Below are positions 39,001-51,000 of a stretch of DNA of 64,000 nt, piece after piece; position 1 is the stretch's first letter, and every line of letters starts with the position of its first letter. Source of the DNA: Podarcis melisellensis (Eukaryota); assembly GCA_964234715.1 (NCBI GenBank), contig OZ174277.1, one strand, 5' to 3'. The position numbers and the translations under genes were made by a program. Below the pieces are notes generated by a model that was given only the letters and a program-made list of their open reading frames with translations, made no database searches and was not told the origin of the DNA.

Positions 39001-42000
39001 CTTACTTAATCTGTTTACGTTGAAATCAAGACCGCACAGATTCCTCCATTATGTGTTCTTTTTCATGTTTTTTCATGTTTTTTTCTAGGCATGTTAATTA
39101 AAATATTTAACTGGGGAAATGTAGAATACTGAGCACAATAGCTACAAAACTTTGAAGATTCCAAAGCTTTATCAAGTGAACATAACTCATATTTATGTGA
39201 AATTGGTATATGTTAGGATAATTACTGCTGCGCCTTTGGGATAAAGGAAGTATTGTCAGCCAAATTATACAAGGGTGTGGATTAAATCAACCATTACTCT
39301 CTACTTGGCATTGATCATTGTGGGTTGCAAAATCAAGATATGACGTAGTATTGTGCAAATTACTTGCCAAAATGTGTTCCTGCCATTTCTTTAATTATAT
39401 GGTAAAGTGGTTGCGGGGGGGGGGGGGGCGCAGCCAGCTATAAGCAAAGGATTGAGTAGAATTCAGCTTAGCTTTTTTATGATGAGCTACCATAAGCAAA
39501 TAGAAATAAGAAAAATAGAACTACAACTGGGATGGGTTTAAACCATGAATTAAGAAAAGGGATCTATTTTGAATTACTGATTTTAAATCACGTTCTCTAT
39601 TTCAAATTCATATTAAAACTGATTGCTATATTAAAACATACAGGTTTGTAACTAACTACATACAGGCTTTGAACTTTAATTTTTTCAAAAAAAGCAAATC
39701 TCTAGCCCTCTTAGGAAAATGAAGCACAATGTACAGGTACCCTCTAGGAGGCCTCATATTGCTTTGCCATGGCAATAAGCAGCACTATCACATTCTAAGG
39801 ACATGCTTAGGACAGGCAAAGGCATTTGAGAAGGGTGTGGAGAGTTCTGAGGGCTGGTTATAAAGGTCTGGATTTCTCTATTTAGCTTGCTTTTATGCAT
39901 TCTATTTCACTTGCTTTTATGCATTCATGTTAGGATTCATTCCTTGTGTTGCAGTCATGGGATTGTTTTTATCACATGATGGTGTATGTTTTCATTCCAC
40001 ATTGTGGGATGTGACGGAGACAGGATGTTTTTGTTACTGTGTTTCTGTGATGTAGGATTTTTGTCCTTTTGTCTTTGCTATCTGATGCTGAAGAGGAAGG
40101 AGCTGAGTCAAGATGCTCTGAGTGTGTATATGTACAGATAGGTAGCCGTGTTGGTCTGCCATAGTCAAAACAAAAAAAAATTCCTTCCAGTAGCACCTTA
40201 AAGACCAACTAAGTTAGTTCTTGGTATGAGCTTTCGTGTGCATGCACACTTCTTCAGATACGAAGGTATCTGAAGGTATCTGAAGGTATCTGAAGAAGTG
40301 TGCATGCATACGAAAGCTCATACCAAGAACTAACTTAGTTGGTCTTTAAGGTGCTACTGGAAGGAATTTTTTGTGTATATGTAAATAAACATAGTATAGC
40401 CAAAAGCTGCGCTACTGAGTCTGTACACTGACTGCCTATACTCTGCCGATCCTGAAGCGTGCTGATGCCTCTTGGTATCAGTTGCTGTGATGTTTGGGCT
40501 GGAGAAAGCTTTTGAACCTCCCGAACAAACAACCAGGAGGGAGAGAACATGCCAGTCGGACATGTGCCTCTGTCAGACCCCTACTTGTGTGTAGGACCTC
40601 CTGACACTTCATAGCTGTGCTTTTGTGTGTGTGTGATATTTTATTGCTTTCATTTTCTTTTCTTTTTTTAATATGATTTTTATTAACAGTAAGAACAACA
40701 AACTTCACAGTTCCAAAATAGGAGCTATAAAACACAAAAAGTGGAATACCCATAGTAGTAACATACACAATAACTAATTTGGTGTTAAGCCAATATAACC
40801 TACAAAATCATTTAAAAAATCTGAGAAACTAATCAAACTACAAATAACATATACTAAATCATTATATACATGGATTTTTTCATGTCAGGACATTTTTCTG
40901 AATATTTTATAACCATAAAATAAAATGTTTCAAGTGTGAAGGGGAAACATATGATGGAAATAAACTGGGATACTACAGTGAACTACAGCTTCATGGAATG
41001 TGCCACTGAAAATATCACACCAGTGTACTTACTGTGTTGCATGAAGCATGTATTGGCTCTAGAGCACATTATCTCATTCCAGTGCTCCATGAATGCTCCA
41101 ATGTACACATTTAGCCCTTGCATTAATGGAATGCACCATTAAGCTGCACATGGTAGGCAGGACCCCCATGAGTTGCTTGCAGAAGGTTCTTGGTTTAATC
41201 CTTAGCATATCCAGCTAAACAGATCTTGAGTAGCCATGCTGTACAGATCTCTACCTGAATCCCTTAGAGACAAGCGTGCTGGGTTCCGCCCAATATTGCA
41301 GGGGCCCGTCGTGAATGTGTGGTGTTACATGGTGGTAGGAGGTCCGACGGGGCCCGTCATGCCCCCCGAAAGGCCTGATGAGCCCCGCTACAGCAGGAGG
41401 CTTGCCCAATGGAGACTGCCACTGCCAACAGGGCCCACTCAGCTGTGTAATATTGAGGAGGCCTTGCCCCCAAGTGAGAATTGGGGGGGGGGTCAGCCCA
41501 AGCAGCCCCATATAAATGGTGCACCTGCTTAGAGAGCCATTACTAATTAGGCAGGCAGTCTTTGTCTTGGTGAACCTATGACCTTACTCAGGAAGTTAGC
41601 TTCATAGATTAATAGATCTGCTTACACATGGGGGAGAGTGCCCTTTGCATGTTTGAATCACATATCAGAGAACTAGGCGCACCATCCTGTTCAGCTTTAT
41701 GATAGTTAGGTTATAAAGTTGATTGCATGCCTGTACTCTACACACGATTTGTAACTGTGTGAAAATGAAATTATTTTTAAAATCTGCTCACGCTGGCCTT
41801 GTTTGCTAAAAATATATAATTAAGTGGAATAAATTGCGGCCTAAATATTTAGGCAATCTGCAAGGCCATCTGGGTTTTCAGAATGCTTGTCTGGAAATGA
41901 ATATCCCTTTCTTTCTGAAAGTGCTACACCAGGAGGGAAATGGGGTTAATATGCAAGTGTTGACTATTGTGGTCAGAGTAATTACCTCAAGAAGCAAAGC

Positions 42001-45000
42001 TGATTTACGTTTTCCAGAATGTTGCCTGAGTAGTTGCTTGGAAGTCTTTTTCTCTGATTAATGTAATATGAACACTTAGACTATTTCTCTTTGTTGCACC
42101 TGCTTTTTAGTCAACTTGCAACTTACAGAGCAAAATGAGTAATGCAGAAATGGGTAATTTTTTTCTTTCTATATTGGCTGGCCCTTGTATCTGTGTGGAT
42201 AGTGTCATTAGATTGTTTCGTCACAATATTGCTCTTGACGTAGGTACTGTATATCTGGGTGGAGTCAGGAGTTTCTTATATTCATGCTTGAGAAAGAGAC
42301 AAGATAAAGTTCTCATTTATCTTCCTAACTTGTGTGTCCTCTAAGCCTTCCATGACAGTATCTGAGAATATTTTGTATTACAAATTTTTCATGAAGAGCT
42401 TTGATTTTTATCATGAAGTTCATCCAAGGTGCCAAAATTTAGGTGTAACTTATATCCCCTTTAGTAAAATTATAGGGTGGGAAAGGAACAAAGGATAATT
42501 TAGGGTAGTTTTACTCAAATTGCAGGGAGATGAGGTATACCCTCTGGGCTGTCTACCCAAATTCTGTGTTGTACCTCCTAGCCCCTGTTGCCATCAGCAT
42601 CCCAGCCTTATCACCTTGTTTTCAATTGATACTGAGTATGTTAATTGTCATTCCACAAAATGGGAATAGAGCAGTAGCTAACAAGAGCAATAAAGAAATT
42701 TGTGGAGACTGGGCGTGCCAGCTCTATAGGGCCAAGGTGTCTTCGGCCCCCTCAATATCTGTTGGCAGGGGGTCGGGCCCCCTCAATGTTGAGGGGGCAA
42801 AGGAGGCTGATCATGGAGCCAAGCATGGCATGGGCTCCTCTTGCGCGTGAGAGAGAAGCCACCAGCCATTGAAACCACATTGTACTGGGCCCCATGCTTG
42901 GTCTCCTCCTGATGATGCGACATTATGTGTGTGCGTGTGATGTCACAAATGTGTGCCAGGCACATGATGTCACACACACGCCACACACACCAGACCCCCC
43001 TCCATCTTGGGCACAAGACAGTGCCTCTAGTGTGGAAAAAGACAGTTATGATAGGTGGATAAGAAAATCTTGGCTGGCCTCATGTGAGCCATAGATTGAG
43101 CAACAGAGATCAGATCCAATCACTGCCCTGAGGCAAGATCCTTCTTACAGCAGCCACCAATTTTTGCATCACATATTCATCCTTACGTCCAGATTAGTGT
43201 TGGTAAATATGGTGACTGTTAACAGCCTGAATTCCCTCCACCATTATGCGTTGTAAATTGTCTAGCTTAACTGTGAGGCTGTTAGATCCAAAATTAGAGT
43301 ATTACCCTCTTTGTTGTTATTTAATAAAAGATAAAATAATTGCTATGTTCCTTAGCTCAATTTCATTATCTCACATCCTTTCCTAATGCAAGGCCTCCTC
43401 TAAGAGAGCATTTCGTCATATGCTTCCAATAAATTTACTTGGAGATTCTTCTGTGGGAGTGCATGGAGAATTCTACTGGACTCTGTAGCAGTCCAGCTTA
43501 TGGGACAGTGCAACGCGCCTGACATTGTGGAGAAAGGACTGAAAAGTCATTCCCTGGTCTTCTCTGCACCTACAATTCTACAGAGATCTTCATATCTGTA
43601 AAGGGAAAATACAAGGACCTTTCCATGAGATTACTAAGGAATCATTTAATGGGTGTGTCAGATGCTAAATATATTTGATTCTAATCTCTAATTAAAATGT
43701 TGGATTTTATTGCTCTTAGATTTGATGTAACAGGTCTTTCTTCATTATAGCTGGGAGCTCTGTATTCTGTTTTTTTAAACACCTCTGAATTCAGCAACCA
43801 AAAGATCCAGCCTCTGTGACTGAAATTGTAAATGTGTGTATTTTATATTATGTGTGTGATGTTGGAAAATTGGGGTAGCTAGGGGTTTAAGAATTATTTG
43901 TTCCAGTATTTCTTCCAGGGGCTTCAGAACCGAGGCCAGATCTCTTATGATACTAGAGGCAAAGGGTTCTTTGGGCTAAGGAAACAGTGTGCTTCAGTTT
44001 TTCCTTGGCCAGTTGCTCCTTGCATTGCAGATCAGGGGTGGCAAATCCAGTGGTGGCTGCTGGTGGTGGAAGGGGGGAGCAGTAGGTGCGGTCCACCCCA
44101 GGTGTCATTCCTGATAGGGGTGACATCTCCACCCTGCCCACCTGGGACGCTCACTGCAGGTGGCTCCCAGCACTGCCTCATTTACTCTAAATAGACTAGC
44201 CTCCCAGGCCTCTCTATCTGGCCCTTGGAAATCTCCCCAGGCCACACACCCTCCTCAGAAAGAGGTCTGAGTGGGTTTAAAAACAAGCATACTATAAAAG
44301 GTAAAATTTGCATTCATTTCTCTATTCACTTCTGCCTCCATCCCTGCCCACCACTGACATGTGGCCCTCAAAAGGCTGCCCAAATGGGGAGGTGGCCTTT
44401 GGGCTGAAAAAGGTTGCCTACCACAGGTGAATTTTCACAGGCTTGATTCAGAACGGTCTCAGTTAAATTTCTGCTAAGCATGCTCTTGAATGCCAGGATT
44501 TCTGGCAATAGTAGCTTTCTTAGGTCCTTGCTATTTTTCACAGGACTCTACTACAAAAATCTGATGGCGCCAAACTAATTATGAGTGGCTGAGTGTTCAT
44601 ACTCCACTCTGGGGAACTTCTGGTGCCTAAAATCTGAACTTCACTACTTTCACCTGGCCTCACCCCTGTGCAGGTATTTTAATTCAGGGGTGACACCTCC
44701 AGATCATCAACCCCAACCCTCAAGCCAATTCTTCCACCTTCTACAGGACGCCACCAAATAAACAAAACAGCAGCAAATAACTAAATAAAATAGACACAGT
44801 GCTGAGTTGTATGGAGCCCAGCAGCCTGATGAGAATGCAATTTGTCCCCTACCCCAGTCATCAAGTTAATCAATTGATGAGCAGAGATGGTGCACTAAGC
44901 CCCTTACTTAGCTGATCTGCACAGATCAACTGAGGAAGGGTAGGTACCTCTGTATATTTGAGGATTTGGGGTTTCTTTTACAACCAAGAGGTATATAACT

Positions 45001-45010
45001 TTTATGAAAT

Positions 45011-45044
<34 letters not shown>

Positions 45045-48000
45045 CTCCCATGTGCCTACATTTGAGAGTGTGCATGACCCCTTGCTATAAAGATTCTGCC
45101 CTTTGCCTCCAGCTTTTATCATAGAACTTCAGTGGCAAAGTTAAGAGTCAAGGCAAGACTTTTGCAAATACACCACCTGCAATATTTTGGAAACAGTGAC
45201 TGCATAACTATTTTGTTGTCACTGTAACCATCACACTGTGCTTTCTTACACAGATGCCTCTTGCTCTGGGGGTAAGCATTATAAGCAGGGTCAGTCAGGG
45301 TGAGTCAGAAAGGTTACAGCTTTTTAGTTTAGAAAAAAGGCTAGTAAGGGGGCTTGATGGAGCAATATACGATTATGCATGGTGTGGAGAAAATGAAAAG
45401 GGGGAAGTTTTCTGTTCTCATGATAATAGGACTTGAGACCATCCAAAGCTGAATGTTGGAAGACTGAGGACAGACAAAAGGGAGCACTTCTTTGCATAAT
45501 GCATAGTTAATCTAATTCATTCCCACAAGATGTAGTGATGGCCACGAGACTGGATGGCTTTAAAAGAAGTTGACCATTTTTTAAAGGATAGAACAAATAG
45601 GAGGAGGTTATCAATGACTACTAGCCAAAATGGCTGTGTTCTACCCCCAGTATCAGAGCAGTATGTCTCTGGATATCAGTTCCCAGGTATCACAAAGCAG
45701 GAGAGTATTGTTGCATTGCTTGCAGGATTCCTATAGTCATCTGGTTAGCCACTGTGAGATTAGGATGCTGGACTAAATGGGCCTCTTCCAAATAGGCCTC
45801 ATAAGAAGAGCAGGCCTCTTCTTATGTTCCTATATTCTTATGTAGTTTACCTCTTTGACACAAATAGTATGAGTATTCAACAGTAGTCTTTAAAATAGAA
45901 CTGTGCCCTTTCTGAATCATTTATGTTTATTATTTAGGCTTATATAGGGCAAAGATGTGACAGGGGAGAAAACTGGGTAACTGGAGCACACATAAACCTG
46001 TTAAGAATGAAGTTTTTTATTCTCTCAAAGGAGAAGTGTTTGCAAGATTGTGGGCAAGCTAGGTCTTTGAGGTGGTGCCATCTAATTACATATATAAATA
46101 TCTTCCAGTGTTCAAATATTTGTGAGGAAATTTATTATGAGTGTGACTAATACCACTGGCTTAAGGGCTGGCAAAGTGCAGGTGGAGGTTGTGCAAGCTT
46201 TCCCATGGATATGTGCCAGTGCACCTGAATAATTTCAACCATTAGTTGAGAATCCAGGGAACTGATGAGCAGGTATCACCCAGAGCACTTAACTGAATGG
46301 TGTGGGTGGGTGTGTACAAGTTGACAGTTACTGAATTTCTGGTTATCACTATAACACACATTTGGGTGAATGAGGAGCAGCATGTCATTCTGGCGCGTGT
46401 TGCTAACAGAAGGGTTCGTTTTGGTCACCTCTTCTTGGATCCAATCTGATTTTTTCTTCTTCTATAATGACAACTTAATGTAAGCCCTATATGTGATAAC
46501 AGTTCGACCATATGCAAACTTTCCTCCTGCTGAAGTTGGTAATCTTTTCTGATTAAATGACCATCATGAAAAAAGCCGTAACATGATGAAAGAAGGGTAT
46601 GAAGTGATAGGTGCCAACATCCGTGAGTAGTCCTTGAGTAAGTTAAAGAGCAGATTTGCCTCATGTGCCAGTTTGTGGACACAGGGATGAGACTGGGGGA
46701 AATCCCTTAAATACTTTGGGCTGTAGATATCTGAAGGGCTACATACTCCCATCTCACTGTGAGTCCTGAAACACCTGTTTCTGCTTATCAGAAGACTGAT
46801 GCCACTATGCCCCAAATCTCTGGATGACACTTCCCAGTGGTTTCGTATAGAATTAGTCCAAATGCTTCCCCCAAGCCATGCCCACCTTGTATCAGGGCTC
46901 ATTGGTACCTACAAACCCTAAAGCCTTTGCCCACACAGTTTTATTTCAAACCACATGGAAAAAGGAAAGCACTTTACCTGATCTCAAATGATTGACAGGT
47001 GAGTGTCAGATGACTGACAGGAAAGTTGGGGACATCAGGATCCAACCCACCAGTTGGATCCCATTTCCCATCCCTGTTCTAGGCCAGCACTCTTAACTTC
47101 TTCACCAAACTGCACTAGAATTTGCAGAAGGGAGGTGGTATAGGGATTATCTTCCTTTTAAAAAAAATAAAAATGTTTTTTAAAGATGTTTCCTTCCTTA
47201 GAGCTATGCACATACCATCTACAAAAAGAAAAGAAAAAAGATGAAGCCATACATATTGAAAAGATTAGTGTGAGCTTGGTAGTCAGTCTAATAATACATG
47301 CAAAAAGACCCAAAATGACAAATAAACCCTTTTAAAAATATACTGTAGTGAGCTGGAATAAAATAAACAGCAAGATGTGTGTTGCCAGGAAGTCATATGA
47401 TCAAAGAGAATACACTGAATAGCTTATATCTATTCTTTCAGATAAAATGAGTAGTTCAATGCAGAGGTGTTGTGATCACTTCTGGTGGGGGGGAAACTTT
47501 GTATGCATGACTCAAAGATTCAATGGCTGGGAAAGACAGTGCTGGTTTTAAATAATAGTGTCAGTTCTGCGTGCGAGGTGGTATGTGGTCATTGCTTGCA
47601 GTATCTTTCCAAATCATTTGAATGGAAATATTGGATTAGCTAACCTTGTGTCAGGTCTGTTAGTTAGATAAACTCTCCAACTGTTCCTGACTGAAAGATG
47701 CATAGCTGGGACTGAAAGCAGCTGCTGCTTTTTTATTCAAGTTTTTGTGAACTGTCTTACCATCATCATGTTTTTTAAAAAATATAAAATAAAATAAAAT
47801 GATTTATTAGACTGAAAGGGGATAACAAGCAAAAATTTCACAGCTTTGTCTTTTCACAGGGAGCTTCATCCCAGTAGGAAATCCTTTTTGCCGAAGCCCG
47901 TCAGCTGGACTACACACGGTAAGCAGCTCAGTATTCCTTTTTCTTTTTGCATATAACATTTTTTAAAAAAACTTTTTAAAATCCTTCTTCAAAAGTTATC

Positions 48001-51000
48001 ATTGTACAGGAGCTTTCTTATCCTTCCGTTCAGTCATAAAAGACCTGCCTTCCACAGAATCATTGTCCATGTAGGTTTTCTGGCTCCCGCAGTTGCTCTC
48101 TGAACAAAAGATCCACAATCAGCTTTGTGTACTATGCTTGTAAAACTCATTGCAATTAGGTATGCCTAGATCGCAACTTTCTATCCTTAGGATGTCTTTA
48201 GATACATAGTTGTGGAGAATAAGGAAAAGTGGACACAACAGGACCTGAACTTGTATGCTAATTCTTTGTACTTTCAATTGAGACAGAGAGAGATTGACTC
48301 TAATTGAACTTTTGCTCATTGATTGTCTTATATTAAGCAGCATGGTTGCCACTTGTGTAAAGTGTAGACTGAAATCTTAGTTTACTTTGGGTTTTATTTA
48401 CTTTAAAATAATAAAGAACCAGAGTTGTGAACAGGAAGGTTATTGTTAAACACGATCACCTCATTTTAACCAATTGGTCTCCCAAAGCTTTCCCATACTT
48501 ACCTCTACACACACATTATTATCATTATACACACACACACTATGACCATTTTTTTTTGTATGGGATTTGAGTTAAATTGTGTTGGGCTATTAACTCCTTT
48601 GTTACCTGTATCCAAAAATCACTAAGATTAAGGTGCTTCCTTTCCAGCTGTGAGTCTTGCAAAATAGCCATCATACTTTGTCCCTCACCTTCTTCTGTTC
48701 CCTCCTTCACAAAATGCAGTGGCATAAATAATGCAGCACTTAATTACAGCAATCACATAACCGGACTGCCCTCCCCACCAATTCATTTCAGACCTGGGGA
48801 ACAGCTTTGCTCATTCCCATCTTAAAGTACATATTTTCCTCTAATGTGGGCAAACATCTCACCCAGAGTGCACTAGGGACCTCTCATCATGCTCAACAGA
48901 GGCTCTGGATTGGAGATGTTGATTTATTAATTTTTTAAGCTTTTGTTTACTGGTTTTCCAAGCTTCTTGTGCCCCTGGATAAAAGCATGATTTATATCTA
49001 TAAGCTGTTTTTTCCTCAATTAGTGCAGAAACTAATTTTCGGGCTACATTGGCTCACAAATTCCTGAGTGAGAATTACTTTCAGATATACCAGCCCAGAA
49101 TAGCTGAAACCAAAGAGGGAAAAGTAAAGATGGGAAATTCATTATGGTATTCATTAACTTTTTTATGGTGCTGGTAGAAAACTTCTACAGTATGTAAATT
49201 GACATCCTTTAAAGTTGAAAGTGAAGTGTTTCTGATTAAAGAGAAATGGATCAAAATAGTTTTGGAGTGTGTTTGAATAATCTTAGCAGTTGAATTATGT
49301 CACCTACTTTACAATTCATCCCTTTTTTAAAATCCCTGTAGGCTTTGTCGAAGCAGCTGTGTTTGCGTTTCTTTTTTGTGTTTGTACATTGCAGGACTCA
49401 GTAAAGTGCATCCTGGCACAGCTTTTCCTCTAGGCAGATTATAGATTCCCATGCTCATTAAATACTTAAAGGACTATAATCAAATCAGGATCATAGTCTT
49501 CTGAAAACCCAGGAAAGCAACAGTAGTAGCACCAGCAGTAATTTAATGATCCATGCCGTAGAAAGACCAACACATGACAGTAGTATAGCTACTTTTTACA
49601 GGAGTTACTTATTCTGTAAGATTTTAACACAGTTACTGCTTTTTCTTATCAATTGTTTATAATCTGAATTTTTCTTCCCACCCTAAAACCTGATGTTACA
49701 TGAAAGTTCTGTCACTGTGAGCTTAGTTGCTTTAGACATCTCAGAACTCTATCTCTGTAATTTATCTGGACAATAGGAATAATACTGTTTGGTTTCACAG
49801 AGCTGTTGTGAGGGTAAATGAATAAAATATTGTAAAAAGCACTTTCTATTTCTATATAAATTCTATTTTATTTTTTTTACTGGTCATATCGTAGGTTTTA
49901 TAATTATGTCAAGCTACCAGTTTCCAGTTTGAGTATCTTCAGCAGGATATTTGTTAATAGTGAAAGTAGGTGTCCAGTTGTGCCACAGACCTCTGCTTCC
50001 TCAAACAGGGCTTATCCTTCCTCCCCATTCCTTGCAGACCCTATGCATCCCTAATACCTTCCACTGAGAATTAGGAGACCTCCCTGGAGTGGATTGGCAG
50101 GGTGCAAGAACATAAGGGGCAAAAGTGAATTTTCATTACATATGATGACATGACACTGTATCTCACCCAATAATTGCCTCCTAAGGCTGCAGCCTTCTTT
50201 TCCTTGAAGGGTGTTTTAGGGGCCATTGGGTTTTTCAGATCTCCTTCTCAAAGCATAGACAGAGAGGTTGGCTCTTGGAGAGGGAGATCTGACCTTGTAA
50301 GCTTCCTTAGTGAGGCTGTGAAAAGGACCACAGCAGGCGTTCCTCTGATATTTCAGGGGGCTAAAGGGAGGTAGGTTGGGTTAGGCTATGGATCCAAAGC
50401 CCTCCTGTTCCCCAAAAAGCCACCAGAGCAGAGTTTGGGCTGCTATAGTTTATTTACCTACCATTGGAATCAACGGGAGGAAAACCAGAGGCATGCCCGC
50501 TCTGAAATTTAAATCTGACCCTATCCAAATAGTTCAAAATGTCTGTGGACTCTTCTGTATATTTTAAACTAATATGGGAAACAAACAAGCCCCACGGTAG
50601 GTAGGGATTAGAGCAGTAAAAAAATAACTTGTATCCTTAATGAAGTTTATCTTTGAGATTTAAAGTTGCACAACATTCATAATTTGCTGTGATAATTATT
50701 TTAATATAAAGTCCTGGAAATTAAATAACCTGTTAGACATTTGCAATAAAGTAAAATTCCATGTGCAGCTTCACTATCAACATGTTTGTTTGTTTGTTTG
50801 TTTGTTTACAATCCCTTACCTGCACTTCATGACTAAAAGTAATACTAAGGGGAGCTAGAACAAGCTTCAAAACAGAGACATTATAAAAGAGTGAAATAAG
50901 TAAAATATAGCACAATAGAGAATCCCTTCAACAAAAGAATCTGGAAATATCCCAGAATAAATATACCGTGTTTTTTGTCCCATAGGGTGCTCCGTCCCAT

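Larger units (their letters stand above)
40135..40371. mobile_element. Penelope-like element remnant consisting of inverted pseudo-LTR ends
   Basis: 87-bp inverted arms (40175-40261 / 40286-40372, one mismatch), 12-bp TSD TGTGTATATGTA at 40123-34 and 40372-83, hammerhead motifs. Confidence 0.85.

Noticed and set aside
41345-41390. CGAAAGGCCTGATGAG, hammerhead-like words
   Set aside because: GAAA and CUGAUGA are only 3 nt apart in the wrong arrangement, leaving no room for stems I/III or a cleavage triplet; lies in a GC-rich probable transposon remnant.
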